Source: Candidatus Jorgensenbacteria bacterium
GTDB taxonomy: Bacteria > Patescibacteriota > Minisyncoccia > UBA6257 > GWB1-50-10
Length of the DNA: 61,346 bases
NCBI GenBank assembly: GCA_043807585.1
Contig: JAZDFV010000003.1
Coordinates: 1-61,346 of the forward strand
Direction: 5' to 3'
Shown here piece by piece: positions 8,878 through 17,733 of this stretch. The notes under the pieces are model-generated. The model was given only the letters and a program-made list of their open reading frames with translations, was not told the DNA's origin and did not search any database. A program made the translations under genes and the position numbers. How positions within the stretch are numbered: position 1 is the first letter of the stretch; each line of letters opens with the position of its first letter.

Positions 8878-8913
8878 TACTATCCTATCGGACGATCGTC
8901 CGATAGGATAGTA
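8878..8913. repeat. Perfect 36-bp loopless palindrome centred on CGATCG
   Basis: tactatcctatcggacga|tcgtccgataggatagta. Confidence 0.9.
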
Positions 8914-8945
8914 TGGTTGCTCGGTCACTGTTCTCACGCAACGCA

Positions 8946-8994
8946 AAAGGGCTGATACATATGTATCAGCCCTTTAATAAAGCTACTTCACGAG
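8946..8994 (-). pseudogene. CTD micro-tail 4 (LVK*, 8983-8994) plus terminator 8946-8975
   Basis: ctacttcacgag tail; acgcaaaagggctgat terminator as found after the 138-aa genes. Confidence 0.6.
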
Positions 8995-9018
8995 GGGCAT
9001 TTCCTCCACGGCCTAAAG

Positions 9019-9060
9019 TTTTATCACACTAAAACGCGATCGCGTTTTAATGTGATAAAA
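9019..9060. repeat. 42-bp loopless palindrome (1 mismatch) centred on GCGATCGC
   Basis: ttttatcacactaaaacgcga|tcgcgttttaatgtgataaaa; partial second copy at 1-27. Confidence 0.9.
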
Positions 9061-9110
9061 ATATGAAAGCCCTAAGATTCTGTAGAACCAAAGGGCTTTT
9101 TGATACATTA

Positions 9111-10406
9111 CTACTTCACCAGCACCATCCACTTTGTTTCGGTGAAAGCGCCGGCTTTCAGCTGATAGAAGTAGACGCCACTCGGGAAACTTCCTGCGTC
9201 CCAAACGATTCTGTGGGTTCCGGGCTCCATCTCTCCATCAACGAGCGTTTCAATCTTCTGACCGATTGTATTCCAGATTGTAACACTCACATCGGAACGT
9301 TTCGGCAGAGAGAACTCGATAGTCGTGCTCGGATTGAACGGGTTCGGGTAGTTTTGGGAGAGAACGAACGCGGTTGGAACTGAAGAAGGATAGTCGTCCA
9401 CGGCGGTTGGCGTATCAATCGCGCCGTCCACGCGGTAGATGGCGTTCCATGTGCCGACGAGAAGGGATTTTCCCTTCACCGCGAGCGACATCACGAGCGT
9501 GGAGTCCGCGACGATTTGCGTCCATTCCTTCCCATCGCATTTGAAGACGCCGCCTTTTCCACTGGGATCACCGCCGCCTAGCCATCCGAAACCGACGAAC
9601 ATGAGGTTGGGTTTCAGAACAAAGATCGCGGTGCCATTCCGCGCCGATGCGTCGAAACCGGGAACTTTTTCCCAAGTATCCCCGTCATCGGTTGAGCGAT
9701 AGAGGCCCTTTCTCTCGACGCCCGCATAGACAATGCCATTACTATCCGCCGCGACTGCCCACACATGAAGATCGCCAAGACCCTCATTTGACTGGTGCCA
9801 TGTCTTGCCGTCATTAGTTGAGCGGAGCACGCCGAGGCCAATAGTGTCTGCCACACCAGCGAAAATGGAACCGGTTTTCGGATTCATCGCGAGTTCTTCG
9901 ACGTTGAAGTAGTTGCGAGAATCGTAGAAGATTTCCCGCCATGTTATGCCGCCGTCGTCGGATTGTGTAATGCGCCACCCCATACCACCGAGAATCGAAC
10001 CGTCGGGTTTTGCGAGGAAGCAACCTCCCCCGCCAGCGCTCCACACAAAATCCCAATTTCCGCCTTCATCGGTTGACCGGAAGATACCGCTACCGGAACC
10101 ATAGAGGATGGCGTTCGTTTTCTTGTCTCGTATGACGTCGAAGCCGAAGTTGGAGAGGAAATCCTTCTTGAAGATTTGTTTCCACGTCTTTCCATCATCT
10201 GTTGACCGGAGCAGGGCCTTGCGGGACATTGCGGCGAGAATATCGCCGTTCGCGTCCACAAAAAGCGAGAGAACGTTTCCTTTCAAACTGTCCGGCAGAA
10301 GATTCTTGCTTACCGTAATATCCGTCGCCACCGCTTGTGTCCATACCTTTTGAGGCATGGACGCGGTGAGCACCACAAGGATACTCCACATCCATATCCG
10401 TTTCAT
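9111..10406 (-). CDS. Secreted BNR/Asp-box beta-propeller protein with T9SS type A CTD (B1)
   Basis: Signal peptide, repeated RSTDDGKTW Asp-boxes, LSQNYPNPFNPSTTIEF...MVLVK. Confidence 0.9.
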   Translation of the reverse strand: MKRIWMWSILVVLTASMPQKVWTQAVATDITVSKNLLPDSLKGNVLSLFVDANGDILAAMSRKALLRSTDDGKTWKQIFKKDFLSNFGFDVIRDKKTNAILYGSGSGIFRSTDEGGNWDFVWSAGGGGCFLAKPDGSILGGMGWRITQSDDGGITWREIFYDSRNYFNVEELAMNPKTGSIFAGVADTIGLGVLRSTNDGKTWHQSNEGLGDLHVWAVAADSNGIVYAGVERKGLYRSTDDGDTWEKVPGFDASARNGTAIFVLKPNLMFVGFGWLGGGDPSGKGGVFKCDGKEWTQIVADSTLVMSLAVKGKSLLVGTWNAIYRVDGAIDTPTAVDDYPSSVPTAFVLSQNYPNPFNPSTTIEFSLPKRSDVSVTIWNTIGQKIETLVDGEMEPGTHRIVWDAGSFPSGVYFYQLKAGAFTETKWMVLVK

Positions 10407-10454
10407 GGCAAACCTCCATAACTGATTATTGATGATTTGGTAATTATTTCTATG

Positions 10455-10560
10455 TACATTATACCATAGAACATATCAAAAAGTCAATATTACGACAGTA
10501 GACAACTTTAGCGTCAAGCTGAACCGAGAAAAACCCCATCTGATGTGATATAATTTCGAT
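10455..10560. promoter_or_regulatory. Divergent promoter region, duplicated at 14676-14782
   Basis: TTGACT-18-TATAAT with extended TG on minus strand; extended -10 TGATATAAT on plus strand; 86 bp identical between copies. Confidence 0.75.
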
Positions 10561-10561
10561 A

Positions 10562-10978
10562 ATGAAGAAAGTAAGGGCTTTATTCGTCTCTCTTGCGATT
10601 TTTTCGCTTATTCTCCCTGTGGGCGGTTTCGCGGCGTTTCAAGGCCCAGCAAACTTTCAGGGGAAATATGAGGCAAGCCAGGACGCCATTCAGTTGCGGT
10701 GGCAAAATGTTGAGAACTACAGTCAACAGACGTTGACAAAGACCGTCAGTCCTTCAGGTAAACCCGGTGTTTTAGTTCCAAGATTCGATACTGCTCCCGG
10801 CAACAAATCTTTCTCCGATACAAACCAGGGGCAGGAGTTCACCCGCGGCGCGTATCAGTACCAACTTTCCACAACTAAGGGTGGCGAGATACAAACGTCC
10901 GATCTCTCCGTTCCCATCACCCCGGAGGACTCGAACATCGTGATCGTGAAGACGACGAGCGGGGGCTTGATGGCATAA
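10562..10978 (+). CDS. 138-aa secreted single-domain protein (A1), equal to the N-terminus of 19174-22152
   Basis: Signal peptide then AAFQGPANFQGKYEASQDAIQL...; ends GGLMA*. Confidence 0.8.
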   Translation: MKKVRALFVSLAIFSLILPVGGFAAFQGPANFQGKYEASQDAIQLRWQNVENYSQQTLTKTVSPSGKPGVLVPRFDTAPGNKSFSDTNQGQEFTRGAYQYQLSTTKGGEIQTSDLSVPITPEDSNIVIVKTTSGGLMA

Positions 10979-10983
10979 AACGC

Positions 10984-11089
10984 AAAAGAGCTGATACATT
11001 CTTGTTGTATCAGCTCTTTTGATAAATTTTCACTCCGGCTGAAGTGCCGGAATCTACTTCACCAGAAGCATTTTCACCGACGAAATGAA
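10984..11089. pseudogene. Terminator 10984-11020 plus orphan CTD tail 6 (FISSVKMLLVK*, 11054-11089, minus strand)
   Basis: Translation of reverse complement; same layout at 15205-15300. Confidence 0.75.
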
Positions 11090-11096
11090 TTCGCAA

Positions 11097-11294
11097 TCAA
11101 GACGGTGCCGATTCAGAAATTGCGCCCGTCGCCTCGTTCTTAAAGAGATCGCGGACGGGATCGGGCATTCTGCCAACACCATCACATCCACCACATCGGC
11201 CCCCTTTTTCTCTCTCTTCTCCTGTTCCGTTACAGGCCGGGCAGACAATCCATCCTTCCGGCATAAATGTGCAACATCCAAATTCTCCTAGCAT
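11097..11294 (-). CDS. 65-aa Cys-rich peptide with DnaJ-type CxxCxGxG motifs (Z2)
   Basis: CPACNGTG...CGGCDGVG; AGGAGG RBS. Confidence 0.75.
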   Translation of the reverse strand: MLGEFGCCTFMPEGWIVCPACNGTGEEREKGGRCGGCDGVGRMPDPVRDLFKNEATGAISESAPS

Positions 11295-11537
11295 GGGAAC
11301 CTCCTCGTGAAATTGGAAAGGTTGTTTCTATTTACTCTGCTTACATTACACCACACTAGACATAAGAAAATCAAATTTTTATAAGATGGGGTTTTGTGGC
11401 CCGGCAAACCCAACTATTGGTTTGCAATTCCTGACAAGATCAAGCGTGTCCGCAATATCACTAACCGTGGCCGCATCAACGGCGTCACCAGCGCCAGTCG
11501 CTGGAGAAGGAGCAAATCCAAAGCTCCAGCTAACTAC

Positions 11538-11565
11538 TTGACGAGTTGTTACTATTATGTATAAT
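11538..11565 (+). promoter_or_regulatory. Sigma70 promoter TTGACG-16-TATAAT for the peptide/M16 operon
   Basis: Near-consensus boxes read directly. Confidence 0.75.
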
Positions 11566-11611
11566 GCGAGTAGTATATTTCATAAAACTTTTTGAACGAA
11601 AGGAGGAATGT

Positions 11612-11752
11612 GTGCTGAAAGCAAAACCCGATCAAGAACAAATGCCCGAAACGCCGAATAGGGACCCATCAACGGATGCGATTGATTACCCGCAATCACC
11701 GGAAGGTGGAAGGGAAGAGGAATCTTCCGCGATGGAGAGTGAGTTGTTCTAA
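11612..11752 (+). CDS. 46-aa acidic peptide (IDY peptide 2) MLKAKPDQEQMPETPNRDPSTDAIDYPQSPEGGREEESSAMESELF
   Basis: AAGGAGG RBS with GTG start at 5-nt spacing; shares PE..D.IDY...E(N/L)F with 561-686. Confidence 0.7.
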   Translation: MLKAKPDQEQMPETPNRDPSTDAIDYPQSPEGGREEESSAMESELF

Positions 11753-11830
11753 CCATTCTCAGCGCAATTAAAAGTGTTTTCCGTTCTTGGAGTAACCAAC
11801 TAAATTTCAAAAGGAAAGGAGGTGAAAGCT

Positions 11831-11914
11831 ATGTATCCGAACCAACGTTATAGATCGGACGATCCGCCCGAAGGAACCGTGATGGATGACGACGGCGAAC
11901 CTATCCATGGTTAA
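11831..11914 (+). CDS. 27-aa peptide MYPNQRYRSDDPPEGTVMDDDGEPIHG
   Basis: Ideal AAGGAGGTG RBS; followed by hairpin ~11932-11968. Confidence 0.75.
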   Translation: MYPNQRYRSDDPPEGTVMDDDGEPIHG

Positions 11915-12007
11915 CACTCCCCTCATCATTCCGAACACGATTTATTGTTATTACAGTAAGTCGTGTTTTATTTTGTTATTTCTTAAAATAAGCTATTATT
12001 TTGATTG

Positions 12008-13282
12008 ATGAAGCATTATTCCGGGTCAAAACTTGAGAACGGTCTCACCGTCATTACAAGCGAGGATAAAAACTCTGAAGTCGTTCTTCTCATGGCTGGG
12101 TTTAAGGCTGGGTCACGTTATGAGAAAAAAAATGAGCGCGGCTATGCACATCTTTTAGAACACGTACTCCTCAAGGGTACCAAAAAACGTCCGTCCATTA
12201 CTAAAGTTGGCGAGATAACGGATCAAGCCGGAGCTGATCTGGGAGCCTATACCGACATGGAAAGTGTAGTGGTGCGTCTCCATGCCGCAAAGGAATGGCG
12301 GGAGGGCATGTTTGAACTATTGCTAGATGTTATTGGAAATCCTCTTTTCTCAACGGAAACGCTCAAAAACGAAAAGAATATTGTTATCCAAGAATTACAC
12401 AAATTCCGTGACAATCGAGGACCGCGCCTGTGGTCAGAATCACTAAAACGTCTGTTTGGATCTCACCCGCTCGCACAAAATCCCATCGGGGAAGAGGAGG
12501 TGATTTGTCATGTAACAAGCGCGAAACTCAAAAGCTACTATGAACGATTCTTAACTCCCGATAGGGGCGTAATAATAGCTACCGGGAACGTGAGTCACGC
12601 GGAGATTGTAAAATGGGTATCACAATACGGAAAACCAAAATGGATGCAATCTCGGGGAGCATCCACTCCACTCATATCAGTACACCCGAAATCTGGCACA
12701 GAGTTTATCAAAGAGCCCGGGAACCAAACACAGTTGTTCTTCAATTTTGTTTGTCCCGCGCTTACGCTCAATAAATTGCTGACGTTAGAACTAATTGCAA
12801 ACGCATTTGGATATGGGAATGTCCCAATACTAAAACAGGATTTACGCCACAAAAGAGGGTTGGTGTATGCAATCAGCTCTTACGTGCAAAGATTTCAGGA
12901 TGTAGTTCTATTCTATGTTTCCACCGCGAGTACTGAACCGAAGGAGGTCGTTGAAGCGGTAGTAAAAATATTTGAAAACTTTTTGGACACGTTTCCAGAA
13001 AGCCGATTTGAAGAATTCAAGAAAAAATACAAGAGCGTTTTTCTTCGCAAGCTGAGTGATCCTTTTTACGAAGCCAATCTATTGAAAGATTCTTGGATGT
13101 TTTACGGAAGGTTAGTAACGCCAGAAGAAATTTCCCAAAACATCGAATCGCTGACGTACCATGATGTGGTTAATATGAGAAATCGATATCTTATTAATGA
13201 GAAGCTTTTTATTACGATGTTCGGAGAACGGAATCCTGAAATTAAATTATCGGGACAAAGACAATTTACTTCTCATTCCTAA
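12008..13282 (+). CDS. M16 family zinc peptidase
   Basis: HLLEH inverted zincin motif; R..RGLVY C-domain motif. Confidence 0.9.
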   Translation: MKHYSGSKLENGLTVITSEDKNSEVVLLMAGFKAGSRYEKKNERGYAHLLEHVLLKGTKKRPSITKVGEITDQAGADLGAYTDMESVVVRLHAAKEWREGMFELLLDVIGNPLFSTETLKNEKNIVIQELHKFRDNRGPRLWSESLKRLFGSHPLAQNPIGEEEVICHVTSAKLKSYYERFLTPDRGVIIATGNVSHAEIVKWVSQYGKPKWMQSRGASTPLISVHPKSGTEFIKEPGNQTQLFFNFVCPALTLNKLLTLELIANAFGYGNVPILKQDLRHKRGLVYAISSYVQRFQDVVLFYVSTASTEPKEVVEAVVKIFENFLDTFPESRFEEFKKKYKSVFLRKLSDPFYEANLLKDSWMFYGRLVTPEEISQNIESLTYHDVVNMRNRYLINEKLFITMFGERNPEIKLSGQRQFTSHS

Positions 13283-13289
13283 AAAAATA

Positions 13290-13321
13290 AAAGCCCGAGG
13301 GATTGCTCCGCTCGGGCCTTT
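13290..13321. terminator. Bidirectional terminator between M16 and B2
   Basis: aaagcccgag...ctcgggcctt. Confidence 0.75.
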
Positions 13322-13336
13322 TGATACAAAGTACTA

Positions 13337-14632
13337 CTACTTCAGCAACAGCATCTTTCTCGTTGCCACGAAGCCGTTCGCTTCGAGGCGATGGAAATAG
13401 ACACCGCTGGGTAAATCTCGAGCGTTCCAGACGATTCTGTGAATTCCGGGCTCCATCTCTCCATCAACGAGCGTTTCAACATTCTGTCCGAGGGCGTTGT
13501 AAATCGCGAGATTCACATTCGCCCGCTTCGGAATAGAGAACTCTATCGTCGTACTCGGATTGAAGGGGTTCGGGTAGTTCTGGAGCAGACGGTAATCAGT
13601 AATTAGTAACTGGTAATTGTTGTCCACGGCGGTTGGCGTATTCATCGCGCCGTCCACGCGGTAGATGGCATTCCATGTGCCGACGAGAAGGGATTTTCCC
13701 TTCACCGCGAGCGCACCTACCCAACTCACCGAATCGGCGACGATCTGTGTCCATGCTTTCCCATCATACTTGAGGACACCGCTCTTCGCGCCGCCAACAC
13801 CTCCCGCATCGTCGAATCCCACGAACACAAAGTCGGGTTTCACTGCGAGAATCTTCCGCGCCCACCTGTGGGACGCGCCGATTTCCACAATTCTTGTCCA
13901 CGACACACCGTCGTCCACGGAACGATAGAGGCCGTTCTCAGTGCCGGCGTAAAGGGTGCCGTTTGAATCCGCCGCCACAGACCACACATGGAGATCTCCG
14001 AGACCCCCATTTGATTGGTGCCACGTTTTCCCGTCATCGGCGGACCGGAGCACGCCAAGCCCGATGGTGTCGGCGGTACCCGCGAAGAGAGAGCCAGTTT
14101 TTGGGTTCACCGCGAGCTCCTCGACGTTGAAGTAGTGGTCGCTACGATAGAATACCGGTTTCCAAGACACACCACCATCTTCGGAATGGCCGATATATTT
14201 ACCTGTGCCGGCGAGAATGGAACCATCCTCCTTTACCAGAAAACATCCTGCTCCTTTTTCCCACACAAAAGTCCAACTCACGCCGTTATCACCTGACCGG
14301 TAAAGCCCTCCGCCGTTTCCAAAAAGAAGCGCGTTAGTTTTCTGGTCGCGCATGACCGCAAAACCGAAGTTAGAGAGAAAATCTTTTTTGAAGATTCGCT
14401 CCCATGTCTTCCCGTCGTCCGTAGAGCGGAGCAACGCCTTGAAGGACATTGCGGCAAAAATATCGCCATTTGTGTCTATCCAGATTGAAAGAACATTGTC
14501 TTTCAAACTGTCCGGCAGAAGATTCTTGCTTACAGTGATATCCGTCGCCACCGATTGCGCCCATACCTTTTGAGGCATGGACAGCACACTCAACATCAGG
14601 GCGAGCGTGAAAGCCCATGCTCTCGTTTTCAT
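13337..14632 (-). CDS. Secreted BNR beta-propeller with T9SS type A CTD (B2)
   Basis: Paralog of B1; QNYPNPFNP; heptamer-repeat-derived linker NYQLLITDY. Confidence 0.9.
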   Translation of the reverse strand: MKTRAWAFTLALMLSVLSMPQKVWAQSVATDITVSKNLLPDSLKDNVLSIWIDTNGDIFAAMSFKALLRSTDDGKTWERIFKKDFLSNFGFAVMRDQKTNALLFGNGGGLYRSGDNGVSWTFVWEKGAGCFLVKEDGSILAGTGKYIGHSEDGGVSWKPVFYRSDHYFNVEELAVNPKTGSLFAGTADTIGLGVLRSADDGKTWHQSNGGLGDLHVWSVAADSNGTLYAGTENGLYRSVDDGVSWTRIVEIGASHRWARKILAVKPDFVFVGFDDAGGVGGAKSGVLKYDGKAWTQIVADSVSWVGALAVKGKSLLVGTWNAIYRVDGAMNTPTAVDNNYQLLITDYRLLQNYPNPFNPSTTIEFSIPKRANVNLAIYNALGQNVETLVDGEMEPGIHRIVWNARDLPSGVYFHRLEANGFVATRKMLLLK

Positions 14633-14782
14633 TGCTGTTACTCCTTATATAGGTTTGTGAATGACTTTAACTGCTTACATTATACCATAGAACATATCAA
14701 AAAGTCAATATTACGACAGTAGACAACTTTAGCGTCAAGCTGAACCGAGAAAAACCCCATCCGATGTGATATAATTTCAATA

Positions 14783-15199
14783 ATGAAAAGAGCAAGAGCT
14801 TTATTCGTTTCGCTTGCGATTCTCTCGCTTATTCTCCCCGCGGGCGGTTCCGCGGCGTTCCAGGGACCGGCAAACTTTCAGGGGAAATACGAGGCAAGCC
14901 AGGACGCCATTCAATTGAATTGGCAGAATGTTGAGAACTACAGTCAACAGACGTTGACAAAGACCGTCAGTCCTTCAGGTAAACCTGGTGTTTTGGAGCC
15001 AGGACTTGATACCACTCCCGGCAACAAATCCTTCTCCGACACAAACCAAGGGCAGGAGTTCACCCGCGGCTCGTATCAGTACCAACTTTCCACGATCAAG
15101 AGCGGCGAGACACAGACATCCGATCTTTCTGTCCCCATCATGCCGGAGGACTCGAACATCGTGATTGTGAAGACGACGACCGGGGGTTTGATGGCATAA
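14783..15199 (+). CDS. 138-aa secreted single-domain protein (A2)
   Basis: Close paralog of A1 with the same GGLMA* end. Confidence 0.8.
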   Translation: MKRARALFVSLAILSLILPAGGSAAFQGPANFQGKYEASQDAIQLNWQNVENYSQQTLTKTVSPSGKPGVLEPGLDTTPGNKSFSDTNQGQEFTRGSYQYQLSTIKSGETQTSDLSVPIMPEDSNIVIVKTTTGGLMA

Positions 15200-15204
15200 A
15201 ACGC

Positions 15205-15300
15205 AAAAGGGCTGATGCATATCGCATCAGCCCTTTTGATAAATCTTCACTCCGACTAAAGTGCCGGAGGCTACTTCACAAGCGTCATTTTCTTGCGAAT
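15205..15300. pseudogene. Terminator 15205-15237 plus orphan CTD tail 8 (IRKKMTLVK*, 15271-15300, minus strand)
   Basis: Translation of reverse complement; parallels 10984-11089. Confidence 0.75.
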
Positions 15301-15332
15301 ATTTCTATCGAGGTTCAACCTTGATAGGAACT

Positions 15333-16331
15333 TTACTGCACAGAACTGCCTTTGAATTTTATAAGAGATCTTTGGGTGTTAATTTCACATCTGCCGCCAA
15401 TAGGAAAAGTTATCATTGGGCTGGTATGACCGAAATCAAGATTAGAAACGACGGGTATGTCAAAATTTGATACTAGAATCTTCAATAATTCCCCCTCTTC
15501 TTTAGAGGCAAGACCGCTTCTAGAGCCGAATCTGCCAATGACTAATCCACGTAGTTTCCGGAAATCGGAAAGTTGAACCAGCTGGGTTAACATTCTTTCA
15601 ATCATTCCCTTATTCATACAGGGATCTTCTTCAATAAAAAGGATTTTATTTTTAAAACTGGGGCAATACGGCGTTTTTAATAGAAGCAGAAATGTTGATA
15701 AATTTCCTCCGATAATTTCTCCTTCTGCGCTACCAGCTTTGATAAACCGCCAGCCACCATTTTTCATCAGTTGTCTATGCTTGCGGGGCGTTTGCCACCA
15801 TTCGTCTTCCGCCCATGTTTTCGACGGTTCGACTATAATATCTGATTCGCCATCCATCAGTACTTTTTTGAAATATTTAAGCTCGAAGTTGAACGGAGGC
15901 TCAGTTTGTGCCATGGTAGCAAAACATGGCCCCGAAAATGTTATTAAACCGGTTTTTGTAAAAATTGCGTTTTGTAAAGCCGTAACATCACTGAAACCAA
16001 TAAATATTTTGGGGTTATTTTTTATGAGTTTGAAATCAATAAAAGGCAAAAGTTGGTTCGAGGTGTACCCCCCTATAACAGCCATTACCGCCTTAATACT
16101 CTTAGACTTAAACATGTGATGAAAATCTGTAAGGCGCGGTTTTATGCTATCTGTGGAAAGTTCGCTGAATCTGAATATATTCTTTCCGTATTGAACTTTA
16201 AAACCAAGAGATTCCAAATTCTTTTTAGCTAATTTGAGATTTCCCTTTTTAATCAGTGAAGCTGAAGATGCCGGGGCTACCACGCCAATTAAATCTCCAC
16301 ATTTTAATCTTGGCGGTTTAATAATTTCCAT
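15333..16331 (-). CDS. S66 family peptidase (LD-carboxypeptidase / MccF-like)
   Basis: IGVVAPAS, IGGY, FIGFSDVT, GGNL, LFIEE, DFGHT motifs. Confidence 0.9.
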   Translation of the reverse strand: MEIIKPPRLKCGDLIGVVAPASSASLIKKGNLKLAKKNLESLGFKVQYGKNIFRFSELSTDSIKPRLTDFHHMFKSKSIKAVMAVIGGYTSNQLLPFIDFKLIKNNPKIFIGFSDVTALQNAIFTKTGLITFSGPCFATMAQTEPPFNFELKYFKKVLMDGESDIIVEPSKTWAEDEWWQTPRKHRQLMKNGGWRFIKAGSAEGEIIGGNLSTFLLLLKTPYCPSFKNKILFIEEDPCMNKGMIERMLTQLVQLSDFRKLRGLVIGRFGSRSGLASKEEGELLKILVSNFDIPVVSNLDFGHTSPMITFPIGGRCEINTQRSLIKFKGSSVQ

Positions 16332-16397
16332 AACTTATATTATAAATAAAAAAAGAGTGCGAGAGAAGTCTTAAAATCCCGCACTCTCTATTAAGCC

Positions 16398-16427
16398 TTA
16401 CGGCTCACAAAGATGCCCCTTCAACAT
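16398..16427 (-). CDS. 9-aa micro-ORF MLKGHLCEP, candidate RiPP precursor
   Basis: AAGGAGGTG RBS 7 nt upstream; ATG overlaps the stop of the frame-corrected rSAM (ATGTTGA); hairpin plus U-tract follows (~16353-16388). Confidence 0.65.
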   Translation of the reverse strand: MLKGHLCEP

Positions 16428-17591
16428 AATTCATCACCTCCTTCCGGTAGTAGTTCGGAGAGTGTTCTGTACTTTGGCGATTCCCCATCATTTCTTATCA
16501 ACCCTCTGTAGATTTCCTTCAGATTGCTGGAAAGAATGGGTAGAATCGTTTCTTCCACAACTGGCATTATGAAACATGAGATTGGATCGGCATTGTTTAC
16601 CCCCCCCTGTCCATCTTAAGGCATCCGCTCGGCAACCTCCCCCACACAACATGAGATATTTGCAATTCCTACATCCTTCAAGGTCACTAACCTTTAGAGT
16701 GAAGAAGTTATTCTTCATGGCCGACCCCAAGACGTCGCTAAGGCTGGTACCTTCCGTAATTCTTCCCAGAACAAGTTGTATGGGAGAGCAGAGGGTTATC
16801 GTTCCATCGGGCTTAACGGTAATACTGCCCAAGAAATAGTCGCAGGGGTGAAGAGAAGTATCGCTTTGGGCCGCCGCATCACCGAGCTGGATGTTCTCAA
16901 GCTGACTCTTGTATATTCTAAACAATGCCAGTTCTGTCTTTTGCAATTCCGCATGAGCATACCTATTAATTATCAAACGGGAAGCTATCTCAACGGCGGT
17001 TTTGAAATCGAGCAAAATGTCGATCTTGTGAGGTCTAATTGGTAAATCGACTCTCCAAGCATCGACACCCAACTCAACAACCTTTCGCTGGAGATCAACA
17101 ACCTCTCCCATATTGTGTCTGTGAAGCACGGTATTCACGCTGATCCGACAATCCTTTCTTTTTTCCCTTATCCAGCGAATAACGTTGATAATGTTGTGCC
17201 AATCACTGGGTGGCCTTGCTATGTTATGACCATCAAAGCCGTCTAACGAGGTTATTATTTCTTTGACTGCTGGCGATTCGATTACGCTTTCCATCACCTT
17301 CCCGTCTGTCTTCCATAGGTTAGTCATGAGGGATGCTTTTGCATGATGCGAGCCAAGTCTCTCCATGATTTCCAAAATCCCCGGGAAAGAAAGAGGTTCT
17401 CCTCCAGAAACAACAAAACTCCCTATGCCCATCTCTACTGCCTGATCAATTATTCCCAACCACTCTTTGCTGGTCATCTCAGCTTTCTCATGACACATAC
17501 TGCTCTTCTCGCGAACGACGTAACAGTAAGAGCAATTAAGATTGCACCTATTTGTCAAATCAAGGTGTATCCTTTTTATACGATGTTCCAT
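16421..17591 (-). CDS. Radical SAM/SPASM enzyme (PqqE/NirJ-like), frameshifted at a G8 tract (16600-16607)
   Basis: CNLNCSYC, SGGEP, SPASM cysteines; removing one G restores ...NNADPISC...EGGDELC*. Confidence 0.85.
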
Positions 17592-17654
17592 TTTTATCCT
17601 CCATTCTCATCCGCTTATTTGGTTTTTATTCGAAGGTAATTCGATACTAAATAT

Positions 17655-17682
17655 ATTATACTCAATAATAGAAAGGTGTCAA
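17655..17682 (-). promoter_or_regulatory. Consensus promoter TTGACA-16-TATAAT for the rSAM cassette
   Basis: Read from reverse complement, immediately beyond the B3 terminator at 17691-17722. Confidence 0.85.
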
Positions 17683-17733
17683 CAAATAAAAAAGCCCGAT
17701 ACAATCAATCGTATCGGGCTTTCTTGTTACCAC

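Noticed and set aside
11382-11570. Minus-strand open stretch (VSWSFGFAPSPATG...PQNPIL*)
   Set aside because: Protein-like but has no start or RBS and overlaps a promoter; at most an unidentifiable fragment.
15333-17591. Bona fide microcin C cluster
   Set aside because: No ThiF/MccB adenylyltransferase, and the peptide lacks the C-terminal Asn.
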